DNA of 64,000 bases, taken from positions 128,001-192,000 of IMG/VR virus record IMGVR_UViG_3300042892_002922; one strand, given 5' to 3'. Source of the stretch: a virus. Lineage: Duplodnaviria; Caudoviricetes. Numbering within the stretch: position 1 is the first letter of the stretch; each line of letters starts with the position of its first letter. The notes beneath the pieces were generated by a model. It was not told the DNA's origin. It saw only the letters and a list, made by a program, of their open reading frames with translations, and did not search any database. This document shows, one piece after another, positions 1-10,381 of this stretch. The position numbers and the translations under genes are program-made.

Positions 1-2
1 TA

Positions 3-3000
3 AATTACATATTCCCTAAAGATAATGATGATAGAGTTGTTAATAATATCTCAACATTATTTAACATATCAAATATGAAGGGATATAATGATAAAACAAT
101 TAGTAATTTATTGTATGAAGTATATGAAAGAGGTTTTTATTCAACATCATATGAGTCATTTTCAACAGACGCTATTGTAGAATTAAGAGATAAGGAGTAT
201 GAAACAATTGAGGGAGCGTTAAATAACGATCCTGATTTAAAAGCAATGTTAAGAGGTCCGATATATAAAGAATATCTTTTATCCGGAACCGCTGGGTATG
301 AAAAATATTTAACAAGTTATTCTCCATTTGAAAGACACCCTTATTACAAAGACAAGATAGCAACTGTTGATTATTTAAAAGAGATAATTGAAAGAGATTT
401 TAAAATTGAAGAATATGATAAAATTAGAAAAGTTGATTATACAGATGGTTCATATGACGCTTTAAAAAATAGTATAAAAAAATACGAGGTTCAAGAATAT
501 CGATTTGAAGAATATCCGTTTGGTTCAACAACATATAAGAATTACTTAGGTAGAGCACTAAATGGTGACGATTTTAAGTTTAATGATATATTGTCAATAA
601 ATTCAAATGATTCATTTATTAGTTCACCTATTGAACCTAAAATGTGGATTAATGACACGTATAAAGATAATTTATTTATAAATAAAATTGAATTAAGTGG
701 AACTACTAGAAACATATTAAATACACCATATTTCCACAACCAAATATATTCTGACTTTTTTAAAGGTGGTAACGTAGGAAGATACTCTGGTTCAGCATAT
801 CTTTTATTAAACTCATTACCATTTAAGGATTTAGATGATATTATAGAGTATAATGGTAATAGTAAAATATTAATGTCTAACCTTTTTAGAGAGGTTGGCG
901 CATCGCATTTTATACCATACCATTTAATTTTAAAATGGGGGTCAATCTACCATAGATATAAAAAATATTTAACTGAAGGTGTTGATATAATTTCTGGTGT
1001 TACAAATTCAATTACATCTAGTAAATTTTTTGATAACACGTCAGGTACCACGTTTAATTATGGTGGTGATACAACATATGTTAGTGGATCAACAATTTAT
1101 ACAACTGGAACAACAAGTTCTTTCCCAGTAGAAACTGTTGGTTTTTACCCATTATATCAAGACATCTTTCATCAAGTGGTTAACGGATATGTTTATTTTT
1201 CACCAGGCACTACCACTGGAAATGAGAAAGCAGGGGATTTAGTTTTGAATAGTTCCGAAATGAAAACAAACTTTGCATCTGCTTATAGTTCTGGAGCTGT
1301 TAGAAAATTAACATCATTACCATATCAAAGTAATGGTATCACATTATCATTTATGGTGGACAATTCAATACTTTCATCAAGTAATGCAAACTATACTGTG
1401 TTACCTTCTTTTGGTGGAAATCAACTTAAGGATTTAGAAACTGATTACAAACAAATTGAACAAGATTCATTTAAATTAATTTGGGACCCAGAAAACGAAG
1501 ATTATCCAAATTATAGTGGGTTGACAATGCCAACATATGGTGAGAAATTTAAAACAATTACAACTAATGAATATTCGTTAAAAGGAAATAAAAGAAAGGT
1601 AATTGATTTGATGGCAACATTTAGCCCAAAAATGTTAGATGACTTTGAAGCCATGTTTTTAGAGTTCTCAACATTAAAATTAAACACAGACGGTAAAACA
1701 ACAACAACTAGTTACAAGCACAGTAATTTTCAAGAATTATTAAGGGAAATTGTTACATTAAAAAAAGCAAATGTAACAGCAACTGATTTTAATTCGATAA
1801 TAAAAGAACAAATAGTTGTATTAAAAAATATAACTGACGACATTTTAAAGAATGAAAACCTAGTTAAGTTAACAATTGGGAATGCAAAACAAATTGATAA
1901 TTACACATTATACGGTGCTGCTGGGTTAGTCAAAACATATTCAGATAATGATTTTGATGTTTCACAGGTTACTTCAGATAATTTAAATTTAATTAAATTA
2001 TATGTTGGTGAAGATATTGACGGGCATTATTTAGATTATTTCGCCACAACCAATGTTGAATTAAATGAGGAAAACATCTATTCACATAGATTACTAGCTA
2101 GAATATATGCGGGGTATTTAGCTAAGAACTTAGTGGATAACCCATCATATAACCCTACTGTAACAACCTTTAGAGCATATCTAAATGAGAATATAGTAAT
2201 CCCACAAGAAAAAAGATTTGATACATATTTTAATGGATTGATGTTGAAGGTTGGAAAATTACCAATCGACACAACGACTCCAGTAACGGTTTATAGAGGT
2301 TTTAATACCGACAAGACAACTAAATTAGAAACCTACAATTTCTTTAAATCGTTTAATGATAAATGGGTTTCTGGTAATTCATTAGGACAAAGAAATCTTT
2401 TGGAAGAATTTTTATTCTTAGATAGAGCTAATAAGGATATTGGCAACGAACTATACATGAGTTTGGATAGATTAAAACCATTGGCAGACCCAAGAAATGC
2501 AAATAAAAGTTTATTGGGTATGATTTCAATTTTAATTCAAGGTAATAATATTGACTTTAGACCATTACCGGCCTACGTTAATTTTTATGGTACAAACTTT
2601 TCTGACAAGAAAAGAATTACCCCATCCAAAAATCTTGCTAGAAATTTATTTGGAACATTTTTAGAAGTTGACTATCAAGAATCATCTCCTAAAATGATTT
2701 TACAATATATAGGACCATCATCAAAACACTTATCAATGGGTGAGGTTAGTCCAAAAAACAAATTTAAGAATGACGGTGCCGATATTCGTAATGTTAATAA
2801 AAATCCATTATTAGTTTCACAACAACTGTTTATGGATACAGATTTTAGTAAGTCAAATAGGGTTGTGGGTTTTGAGGTTAATTTTGGGGATCAAGCACAA
2901 AGTATGTTTAAAAACGTTTCGTTAAGTCAAGATTCTAAAACACCAACATCAGAAACATTCTTGGCGTATGAAAATTTAGGTAGGTCACAATCTGGTTCTA

Positions 3001-3923
3001 ACACATATCAAGTAGATGTTAATTTATTTGATTTGTATAGAACATATTCATACACATGTGAGGTTTCTTCTATGGGTAACGCTATGATACAACCAACAAT
3101 GTATTTTTATTTAAATAATATACCTATGTTTGAAGGTACATATTTTATCACCGAAGTTTCTCACAGTATTAAAGCGAATCAAATTGACACAACTTTTAAA
3201 GGCGCTAGAATACCCAACGATAATTTACCAAACATAAAGGATAGTTTTGTTGCGGCATATAGACCATTATTTGACAAAATATTAAAGGCCGCGTTTAAGA
3301 AAAAACAAGAAGCAAATGCTGTTACAACCACAACCAAGAGTGCAACGATAAACGGTAAAACTGTTGAATACGACTTAGGACCACTTAATGTTAATGGGGA
3401 AGTTGTGTTAAGTGAATCCGGATTCCTTTCAGGTATCCCATACAACGGTCAGAACGGTGAAAAATATATCCAATATGTTGAACACACAATTAACGGTGTT
3501 AAAGACAAGTGGCTACGTGCTAGAGTGGTTCAAATGGGTGGGCCGAACTACACATTACCTAACAACACAGAAATGACCGTTACAACAAAAGCTCAAAACA
3601 ACAATATTTTAACATTTGGCGACATTAATGAAAATATTGATTATTACTTCTCAACTAGATTCGATTTTTCAAACAAGTCAGCATCTGAGATATCAAATAT
3701 CAATATGATATTCTATAACCCATTTTTGGCTAAGAATACCACTGATACAGGTGTTCCAAATCCATTAAAAGTTCTACCTTCAATAAACTTTACAACTGGT
3801 CTGTTTTCTGGCGCGGTACATAATGGTTTACCAGATACAACTTATGGTATAGCAATGTCACCCCAATTAATGAGGAAGTTAAAAGTGCAAGACGGTTACG
3901 TTATTTATTTTAAGCCCGAATAG
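3..3923 (+). CDS. 5'-truncated very large virion protein with a C-terminal baseplate hub (gp27/VgrG-like) region
   Basis: The frame is open from base 3 to the ATG at 75 (NYIFPKDNDDRVV...), so the gene starts before the window. The segment YSYTCEVSSMGNAMIQPTMYFYLNNIPMFEGTYFITEVSHSI resembles the C-terminus of hub/late-control-D proteins. Confidence 0.6.
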   Translation, partial: NYIFPKDNDDRVVNNISTLFNISNMKGYNDKTISNLLYEVYERGFYSTSYESFSTDAIVELRDKEYETIEGALNNDPDLKAMLRGPIYKEYLLSGTAGYEKYLTSYSPFERHPYYKDKIATVDYLKEIIERDFKIEEYDKIRKVDYTDGSYDALKNSIKKYEVQEYRFEEYPFGSTTYKNYLGRALNGDDFKFNDILSINSNDSFISSPIEPKMWINDTYKDNLFINKIELSGTTRNILNTPYFHNQIYSDFFKGGNVGRYSGSAYLLLNSLPFKDLDDIIEYNGNSKILMSNLFREVGASHFIPYHLILKWGSIYHRYKKYLTEGVDIISGVTNSITSSKFFDNTSGTTFNYGGDTTYVSGSTIYTTGTTSSFPVETVGFYPLYQDIFHQVVNGYVYFSPGTTTGNEKAGDLVLNSSEMKTNFASAYSSGAVRKLTSLPYQSNGITLSFMVDNSILSSSNANYTVLPSFGGNQLKDLETDYKQIEQDSFKLIWDPENEDYPNYSGLTMPTYGEKFKTITTNEYSLKGNKRKVIDLMATFSPKMLDDFEAMFLEFSTLKLNTDGKTTTTSYKHSNFQELLREIVTLKKANVTATDFNSIIKEQIVVLKNITDDILKNENLVKLTIGNAKQIDNYTLYGAAGLVKTYSDNDFDVSQVTSDNLNLIKLYVGEDIDGHYLDYFATTNVELNEENIYSHRLLARIYAGYLAKNLVDNPSYNPTVTTFRAYLNENIVIPQEKRFDTYFNGLMLKVGKLPIDTTTPVTVYRGFNTDKTTKLETYNFFKSFNDKWVSGNSLGQRNLLEEFLFLDRANKDIGNELYMSLDRLKPLADPRNANKSLLGMISILIQGNNIDFRPLPAYVNFYGTNFSDKKRITPSKNLARNLFGTFLEVDYQESSPKMILQYIGPSSKHLSMGEVSPKNKFKNDGADIRNVNKNPLLVSQQLFMDTDFSKSNRVVGFEVNFGDQAQSMFKNVSLSQDSKTPTSETFLAYENLGRSQSGSNTYQVDVNLFDLYRTYSYTCEVSSMGNAMIQPTMYFYLNNIPMFEGTYFITEVSHSIKANQIDTTFKGARIPNDNLPNIKDSFVAAYRPLFDKILKAAFKKKQEANAVTTTTKSATINGKTVEYDLGPLNVNGEVVLSESGFLSGIPYNGQNGEKYIQYVEHTINGVKDKWLRARVVQMGGPNYTLPNNTEMTVTTKAQNNNILTFGDINENIDYYFSTRFDFSNKSASEISNINMIFYNPFLAKNTTDTGVPNPLKVLPSINFTTGLFSGAVHNGLPDTTYGIAMSPQLMRKLKVQDGYVIYFKPE

Positions 3924-3944
3924 TGAAAATTAAGATTTTTTAGA

Positions 3945-3951
3945 TATTTAT
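3945..3951 (+). promoter_or_regulatory. TATTTAT putative late promoter (representative copy of about 16 in the window)
   Basis: The same 7-mer recurs shortly upstream of the start codons of structural genes (see findings). Confidence 0.6.
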
Positions 3952-3962
3952 AAAATAAAGTT

Positions 3963-4163
3963 ATGGAAAATAATAGAAACAGTTCAATAGATCAGTTCTT
4001 AAATCCAAAAATGGTTAAAACCCAATCTGAGGATGGAAAAGAACAAGAGGTTTGTGACTTACAAACCGGGGAGTGTTATACAATTAAGTCAAAAGACGGT
4101 ATTGTTGAAAGAATAAATAAAAAATATATTACCGAAGACGGTAGACAATTATTACAAGATTAA
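3963..4163 (+). CDS. Small hypothetical phage protein
   Basis: 66 aa ORF after TATTTAT, containing a C-x5-C motif (VCDLQTGECY). Confidence 0.7.
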   Translation: MENNRNSSIDQFLNPKMVKTQSEDGKEQEVCDLQTGECYTIKSKDGIVERINKKYITEDGRQLLQD

Positions 4164-4167
4164 AATC

Positions 4168-4794
4168 ATGCTAGAAAAAAAACTCCTTGAAGAATTAAAC
4201 AGATTTAAAAGTATTAATAGAAATGCTTCAAATTTGAATGAACAGGAATTACCAGCGCCTCCACCACCAGCCGATCCTGCGGCGTCACTAACTCCAGCAC
4301 CAGAAGACGCTCCAGCAGCGGATTTAGGGGCACTTCCAGAAAATCCGGCGTTAGATGCTCCAGCAGCAGGCGGTGATACTGAAGAAGTCGATGTTACCGA
4401 ATTGGTTAACATGACAAAAAATATAAAAAATGACTTAGAATCGTCAAAAGGTGAAAATACCGCCGTTTTACAAAAAATGGATGACGCGTTCAGTAAGTTA
4501 GCTGATTTGGAAACAAAATTAGCGCAGATGGATCAGGTTTTATTAAAAATAGACGAATTAGGTTCTAAAATTGAATCAATGAAACCAACAACTCCACAAG
4601 AGAAATTGGAAATGCGTTCATTGGACTCATATCCTTTTAACCAAAAACCTAATGATTTTTTCTCAATGAAGCAAGCTGAAATGCAAGCATCAGGTAAAAA
4701 CGAATACGTTTTAACTAAAAATGACATTGAAAATTACTCTAAGGATGAAATAGCAAAAACATTCAACCCATTACAAGATGATACTCAATACTAG
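4168..4794 (+). CDS. Acidic Pro/Ala-rich coiled-coil protein, probable head scaffold or internal protein
   Basis: N-terminal LLEE/LNEQE motifs, a PAPPPPADPAA linker and a heptad region. Confidence 0.55.
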   Translation: MLEKKLLEELNRFKSINRNASNLNEQELPAPPPPADPAASLTPAPEDAPAADLGALPENPALDAPAAGGDTEEVDVTELVNMTKNIKNDLESSKGENTAVLQKMDDAFSKLADLETKLAQMDQVLLKIDELGSKIESMKPTTPQEKLEMRSLDSYPFNQKPNDFFSMKQAEMQASGKNEYVLTKNDIENYSKDEIAKTFNPLQDDTQY

Positions 4795-5152
4795 TGTTCA
4801 AAAATTTTTAGAAATACAGGTCCAATTAAGAATATTACATTGGCAAACTAAAGGATATGCAAGACATATCGCATTTGGTAAAACATACTCAACATTAGAA
4901 GGTTTTATCGACACGTATGTTGAAACGGCTATGGGTAAACAAGGTAGATTTGTTTTGGAAGAGCAAGACAAGAATATTAGAATTGACAATTTAACGGATG
5001 TTAAAATTGTTGAATTTTTACAAAATATTAAAGGTTTTTTAATTTCATTAAGTAATGAATTAGAACCAACTAAAGATAGTGATTTGTTAAATATTAGAGA
5101 CGAAATGTTGGCAACAATAAACAAATTAGCTTACAAATTAACATTAGAATAA
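4778..5152 (+). CDS. Ferritin/Dps-like four-helix protein (DUF5856-like)
   Basis: LHWQT..YARH.AFG..Y..L...ID.YVE pattern typical of phage Dps-like proteins. Confidence 0.65.
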   Translation: MILNTSVQKFLEIQVQLRILHWQTKGYARHIAFGKTYSTLEGFIDTYVETAMGKQGRFVLEEQDKNIRIDNLTDVKIVEFLQNIKGFLISLSNELEPTKDSDLLNIRDEMLATINKLAYKLTLE

Positions 5153-5164
5153 AATATATAGAAA

Positions 5165-5407
5165 ATGATATCAGGTTCATTAGCAACAACAAACACAGAT
5201 TCGACAAGAAGTTCATTATCATATGTGAATAATGTGATAACCGGCGCAACGTCTCAAGGACAGTACAATGCTTTTATTGACGAAAGAAGTATGGATGATA
5301 ATATGGCAAATGTGTTAAAAAACACTTATGGGTATAATGTCACTAAAAGAACGGATTCTATGGGTACTTTTGCGAACTACTTAATTAATTGGGGGGAACC
5401 TACCTAA
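5165..5407 (+). CDS. Hypothetical protein, probably virion-associated
   Basis: 80 aa ORF at the end of an operon, just before a terminator. Confidence 0.6.
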   Translation: MISGSLATTNTDSTRSSLSYVNNVITGATSQGQYNAFIDERSMDDNMANVLKNTYGYNVTKRTDSMGTFANYLINWGEPT

Positions 5408-5456
5408 GGTTCTAACACGCTATTTAGCTAAAAAAACGATTTTTATTAAAATAATT

Positions 5457-5485
5457 AACCTGGATTTTTTAATTCGGGTTTTTTT
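5457..5485 (+). terminator. Rho-independent terminator
   Basis: AACCTGGATT/AATTCGGGTT stem with G-U pairs, followed by a T tract. Confidence 0.65.
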
Positions 5486-5532
5486 ATTTATATTAGCTCA
5501 TAACAAAATTTATTCATTTAAAACGTAACATT

Positions 5533-6372
5533 ATGTCAGCATTAGATGCAATTCTCAACCAGTATGAGAAAAACAAACAACCAGCGGGAGCAGCCCAAAG
5601 AGTTAGTTCAGAAGAGAGATTGAAAAAGTATTTCGCACCCATCTTAACAAAAGGTGTGTCTTCTGGAGAAAAAAGAATCAGAATCATCCCAATGAAGGAT
5701 GGTACATCACCATTTAAAGAGGTATGGTTCCACGAAATCCAAGTGGATGGTAAGTGGGTTAAATTATATGACCCAGGAAAAAATGAAGGTAAGCGTTCAC
5801 CTTTAACCGAGGTAAACGAAGCACTTCGTAGCACAGGTAATGAAGCCGATAGAGAATTGGCTAAAAATTACAATCCTAAACGTTTTTATATCGTTAAAGT
5901 TATCGACAGAGATAATGAGCAAGACGGTGTTAAATTCTGGAGATTTAAGCACAACTCAAAAGGTGATGGTCCTCTAGATAAAATTGTGCCAATCATGCGC
6001 AATAAGGGCGATATTACAGACCCTAAAAATGGTCGTGACTTAGTTATTTCATTAACATTAACTAAGAAGCCAAGTGGCGGAGAATACACAACCATTTCAT
6101 CAATTTTCCCAGATGATGCTAGTCCAATCAGTACAAACGAAGGACAAGCAACAGAATGGTTAATGGATGATTTAACATGGGCAGACGCGTACTCTAAAAA
6201 GCCAGAAGAATATCTAGAAGGTGTTGCTAAGGGTTATACCCCAAAATGGAACACTGAAGAGAAGAAATGGGTTTATGGTGACGACGGACAAGTTGACTTG
6301 GGAGCGACTGAGACACAGAAATTAGTTGATCCACAAGACACTGATGAGGTAGACGAAGATTTACCGTTCTAA
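5533..6372 (+). CDS. Single-stranded DNA-binding protein, T4 gp32-like
   Basis: RIRIIP...PFKEVWFH...KRFYIVKVIDR...GVKFWRF...DITDPKNGRDL core, acidic tail ending DEDLPF, and position next to recA. Confidence 0.85.
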   Translation: MSALDAILNQYEKNKQPAGAAQRVSSEERLKKYFAPILTKGVSSGEKRIRIIPMKDGTSPFKEVWFHEIQVDGKWVKLYDPGKNEGKRSPLTEVNEALRSTGNEADRELAKNYNPKRFYIVKVIDRDNEQDGVKFWRFKHNSKGDGPLDKIVPIMRNKGDITDPKNGRDLVISLTLTKKPSGGEYTTISSIFPDDASPISTNEGQATEWLMDDLTWADAYSKKPEEYLEGVAKGYTPKWNTEEKKWVYGDDGQVDLGATETQKLVDPQDTDEVDEDLPF

Positions 6373-6382
6373 TTAAGATGTT

Positions 6383-6432
6383 GAGGGCCCTTGTCAAATT
6401 TTAATCTAAGGGAGACAAGGGTCCCTCTTTTT
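6383..6432 (+). terminator. GC-rich hairpin between ssb and recA (terminator or regulatory element)
   Basis: GAGGGCCCTTGTC pairs with GACAAGGGTCCCTC (13 bp, 1 bulge), with an 18 nt loop, followed by TTTTT. Confidence 0.6.
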
Positions 6433-6445
6433 AAAAAAAAATATT

Positions 6446-7456
6446 ATGGCAATTAAGAAAAACGATTTTTCAGCAATAAAGAAAAAATTCTCAAAAGAGG
6501 CGTCATTTAAGCCAGATAGATTCTTTGATCTTGGTGACGCATTCTCAGACGCAGTAGGTATACCTGGACCAGCTATGGGGCATTTAAACATGCTTCTAGG
6601 GCATTCTGATACTGGTAAGACAACAGCATTGGTAAAAACGGCGGTAGATGCACAAAAGAAAGGTATATTACCAGTGTTTATCATTACAGAACAAAAATGG
6701 GATTTTCCACACGCAAAACTTATGGGTTTTGAAGTTGAAGAAAGCATTGACAAGGAAACTGGAGATAAGACATTTGATGGATTTTTCTTATTTAACAATC
6801 ACTTTGAATACATTGAACAAATTACTGATTATATTGGTGAATTATTAGATGCACAAGATAAAGGTGAATTGGATTACGATTTATGTTTCCTTTGGGATTC
6901 GGTAGGGTCAGTTCCATGTAAGATGACTTTTGATGGTAAAGGTGGTGCACAACATAACGCCAGAGTATTATCAGATAAAATTGGTCAAGGAATTAATCAA
7001 AGAATTTCAGGTTCAAGAAGAAGTGATAAGAAATTTACAAACACACTAATTATAGTAAACCAACCTTGGGTAGAGTTACCAGATAATCCATTTGGTCAAC
7101 CTAAAATTAAAGCTAAAGGTGGCGAAGCCATCTGGTTAAACTCAACATTAGTTTTCCGTTTTGGTAATGAAAAAAATGCCGGCACAACTAAGATTGCTAT
7201 CACTAAAGATGGTAGAAAAGTTAAAATGGCTGTAAGAACTAAAATCTCAATTATGAAAAACCACGTAAATGGTTTAGGATATGAGGATGGTAAGATTATT
7301 GTTACAGCACATGGTTTTATGCCGGGTAAGTCAGAACCAGAAGAGAAGAAAAGTATTGAAGAATACAAAAAAGATTATGGTAACTATATTAGTGAAAGAT
7401 TAGAAGTTAGTATTGACGAAATTTCTAAACTAAAAGTTGTCACAGAAGAGGAATAG
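6446..7456 (+). CDS. recA: RecA/UvsX-like recombinase
   Basis: Walker A GHSDTGKT, Walker B FLWDSVG, IIVNQ motif and GGEAI motif. Confidence 0.85.
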   Translation: MAIKKNDFSAIKKKFSKEASFKPDRFFDLGDAFSDAVGIPGPAMGHLNMLLGHSDTGKTTALVKTAVDAQKKGILPVFIITEQKWDFPHAKLMGFEVEESIDKETGDKTFDGFFLFNNHFEYIEQITDYIGELLDAQDKGELDYDLCFLWDSVGSVPCKMTFDGKGGAQHNARVLSDKIGQGINQRISGSRRSDKKFTNTLIIVNQPWVELPDNPFGQPKIKAKGGEAIWLNSTLVFRFGNEKNAGTTKIAITKDGRKVKMAVRTKISIMKNHVNGLGYEDGKIIVTAHGFMPGKSEPEEKKSIEEYKKDYGNYISERLEVSIDEISKLKVVTEEE

Positions 7457-7484
7457 TTTTTTAACATTATAATTTAAATTTTAA

Positions 7485-8498
7485 ATGTCTGTACTGCTTG
7501 TTGATGGTGACAATTTACTTACGATTGGTTTTTTTGGTGTCAAAAATTACTTCTATAAGGGAAAACATATTGGAGGAATTTATCATTTTCTCAATACTCT
7601 TAGAAAATCATTTGAGACATACCACCTAGACAAGATATGCGTTTTTTGGGATGGTGCCGACAGTGCCGCCACTCGGAAAAAAATTTACCACTTATACAAA
7701 GACACAAGAAGAAGTAACAGATGGACGGATGAAGCACAAAGTTCATACGGTTATCAAAGAGTTCGAATTAAACAATATCTAGAAGAGTTATACGTACGCC
7801 AAGGCGAATATCAAAATTGCGAATCAGATGATTGTATTGCCTATTATTCACAAAATTCACCCAAAGAGAAAAAAATCATCTATTCATCAGATAGGGATTT
7901 AGCACAATTAGTTTCAGTTGATACTGATTTATATAATCCAGCACATGGCAAAATATATAAACCAGGGGATAATATTGAATACGACCATGAAACAATCTTA
8001 ATTGAAAATGTTAAAATTGTAAAAATGCTGTGCGGAGACCCATCTGATAACATATTTGGTATTAGAAACTTAGGACTGAAAAGGATGATTGGGTTATTTC
8101 CTGAAATGCAAACAAAAATTTTAACACTTAACGAGGTTAGAACTAAAGCAGAAGAAATATGGCAAGTGGATAAACACAACAAAACCTTACAGAATTTACT
8201 TACTGGTGTTAGCAAATTAGGGGTACTAGGTGAAGAATTTTTCGAAACAAATGAAAAAATAGTTGATTTAACGGAACCAATATTAACTGATGATGCGAAA
8301 ACGCAAATACTTGACTTAATAAATGAAACATTGGATTCCGAAGGGCGATCATATAAAAATACTATGAAAATGATGATGGATGACGGGATGTTCACCGTAT
8401 TACCCAAACAAGAAGACGCCTGGATAAAATTTCTAAACCCCTTTCTGAGGTTAACCAGAAAAGAAAAAAATAAAAAAATAATAAAATTTAAAATTTAA
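7485..8498 (+). CDS. 5'-3' exonuclease / T4 RNase H-like flap nuclease
   Basis: LLVDGDNL, FWDG, YKDTR, ESDD, SSDRDLAQL and GDPSDNIFGI motifs. Confidence 0.92.
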   Translation: MSVLLVDGDNLLTIGFFGVKNYFYKGKHIGGIYHFLNTLRKSFETYHLDKICVFWDGADSAATRKKIYHLYKDTRRSNRWTDEAQSSYGYQRVRIKQYLEELYVRQGEYQNCESDDCIAYYSQNSPKEKKIIYSSDRDLAQLVSVDTDLYNPAHGKIYKPGDNIEYDHETILIENVKIVKMLCGDPSDNIFGIRNLGLKRMIGLFPEMQTKILTLNEVRTKAEEIWQVDKHNKTLQNLLTGVSKLGVLGEEFFETNEKIVDLTEPILTDDAKTQILDLINETLDSEGRSYKNTMKMMMDDGMFTVLPKQEDAWIKFLNPFLRLTRKEKNKKIIKFKI

Positions 8499-8501
8499 AA
8501 C

Positions 8502-8945
8502 ATGAACATCCAAGAACAAAACAAATTTGAATTCCTTTTGACGTTGGACAATAACATCATCTGCCAAAGATTTTTTAATGTCCACGACTATAACCCAGTT
8601 AGTAGACGGTCTATGGACCTGCACTATTATATACAAGATATTTGTGTAGAAATTAGTGAGGATTTAAAAATAAAAAGTTCCAATTATTTGGTTGAAAATC
8701 AAAATTATATCCTGAATTCGACATACGTGGAAGACCCAAAAGAAACCGAAGAACAATACTTTTTGTTACAAGTGAAACAAGGTAACGATGTATTTATTGA
8801 AAGGATTTTCCTTGCGAGTGTGTTCCATCCAAAAGTGAGATACTCGGTTGACATTAGACCAAATTTGAGAAGAATTTTATCTGATTTAACTGACATAATG
8901 TCAAGAGAAGACCTAGAAACGGTATATCTACAGTATGAACTGTAA
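8502..8945 (+). CDS. Hypothetical protein in the replication operon
   Basis: 147 aa ORF tightly packed between the exonuclease and the helicase. Confidence 0.75.
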   Translation: MNIQEQNKFEFLLTLDNNIICQRFFNVHDYNPVSRRSMDLHYYIQDICVEISEDLKIKSSNYLVENQNYILNSTYVEDPKETEEQYFLLQVKQGNDVFIERIFLASVFHPKVRYSVDIRPNLRRILSDLTDIMSREDLETVYLQYEL

Positions 8946-8981
8946 GATATAGTTATTTAATTTAATTTAAAAAAAAAGATT

Positions 8982-10367
8982 ATGTCGAAAGAAATGAATT
9001 TTGGTTATTTGGGTCCTAGATTCCAACAATCATTATTAAAAACAATTATTGAAGATAAAAAATTCGGTGATTCAATTGTTGAAGTTATCGAAAGCAACTA
9101 CTTTGATGGTGTGTATTTTAGAGTGATTATGGAACATATTAAAGAGTTGTATATAACCTTAAATTCAATACCAGCTTATGAAACTATTAAAAATAAAATT
9201 TTAATTGAAACAAAAGAAGGTTCATCGTCTTCTAAAGTTATTATTGACACATTAAGTGATATTCAAACTATAGAAATTAACGATGCATTGCACATTCAAG
9301 GCAGTGCCCTTAATTTCTGTAAACAACAAGTGTTAAAGAAAGCATTAAAAGAAGTTGAGGCGATAACTAATGACGGTGAATTTGAAGCATACAAAAGAAT
9401 TGAAAATATTATTCAAAAAGCACTACAGGTTGGTGTGATTGATCATGATATGACAGATATTTTTGACGATGTCATGTCGGCATTACAAAAAGATTGTAGA
9501 ACCGCTATACCAACAGGTGTTGTGGGCGTTGATAACTTATTAAAGGGTGGTCTAGGTAGAGGTGAGTTAGGTGTGGTATTAGCACCAACAGGTACTGGTA
9601 AAACAACGTTACTAACCAAGTTTGCGAACGCAGCGTTTAATAATGATTTTAATGTTGTTCAAATATTTTTTGAGGATAACGTCAATAATATTAAAAGAAA
9701 GCATTTTACAATTTGGTCTGGGATTGCGCCAGACGACCAAACAGAAGTTCCTGAAGAGGTTGAAAAAAGAGTTAATGAAGCCAAAGAAAGGTCTAAAGGT
9801 CAAATTAGGTTATTAAAATTACCTAGTGATTCTGTAACCGTTAGTGAAATTAAATCTAAATTAAGAAAGATGATTGCCGATGGTTTTAAAATAGATTTAT
9901 TAACACTGGACTATGTTGATTGTATTTCACCAGAAAGAAGTGCATTTGGTGAAGAATGGAAAGGTGAAGGTGCTATTATGAGACAATTGGAATCGATGAC
10001 TTCTGAGTTTGATATTGCAATCTGGACTGCAACACAAGGTAATAGAGAATCAATTAAAAGCGAAGTAGTTACAACGGACCAAATGGGTGGTTCTATTAAG
10101 AAAGCACAAATTGGTCACGTAGTTTTATCTATTGGTAAAACATTACAACAAAAAGAATTAAATTTGGCAACTCTTACATTGTTAAAATCTAGAGTTGGTA
10201 GAGATGGTGTTATATTTGATAACTGCCACTTTAACAATGAGTATTTAACGATTGATACTGATTCACAAAGCACTATGCTTGGTTTTGAACAAGACAAAGA
10301 AGAAAAAAACAAGCAAAGAATTAGAAAACTATTAGACGAGAAAACAAAAACTCGCGTAACTAACTAA
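8982..10367 (+). CDS. dnaB: Replicative DNA helicase (DnaB/gp41 family)
   Basis: IPTG...D..L.GG, Walker A APTGTGKT, LDYVD and WTATQGNR motifs. Confidence 0.92.
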   Translation: MSKEMNFGYLGPRFQQSLLKTIIEDKKFGDSIVEVIESNYFDGVYFRVIMEHIKELYITLNSIPAYETIKNKILIETKEGSSSSKVIIDTLSDIQTIEINDALHIQGSALNFCKQQVLKKALKEVEAITNDGEFEAYKRIENIIQKALQVGVIDHDMTDIFDDVMSALQKDCRTAIPTGVVGVDNLLKGGLGRGELGVVLAPTGTGKTTLLTKFANAAFNNDFNVVQIFFEDNVNNIKRKHFTIWSGIAPDDQTEVPEEVEKRVNEAKERSKGQIRLLKLPSDSVTVSEIKSKLRKMIADGFKIDLLTLDYVDCISPERSAFGEEWKGEGAIMRQLESMTSEFDIAIWTATQGNRESIKSEVVTTDQMGGSIKKAQIGHVVLSIGKTLQQKELNLATLTLLKSRVGRDGVIFDNCHFNNEYLTIDTDSQSTMLGFEQDKEEKNKQRIRKLLDEKTKTRVTN

Positions 10368-10381
10368 AAAAACAATAAATT

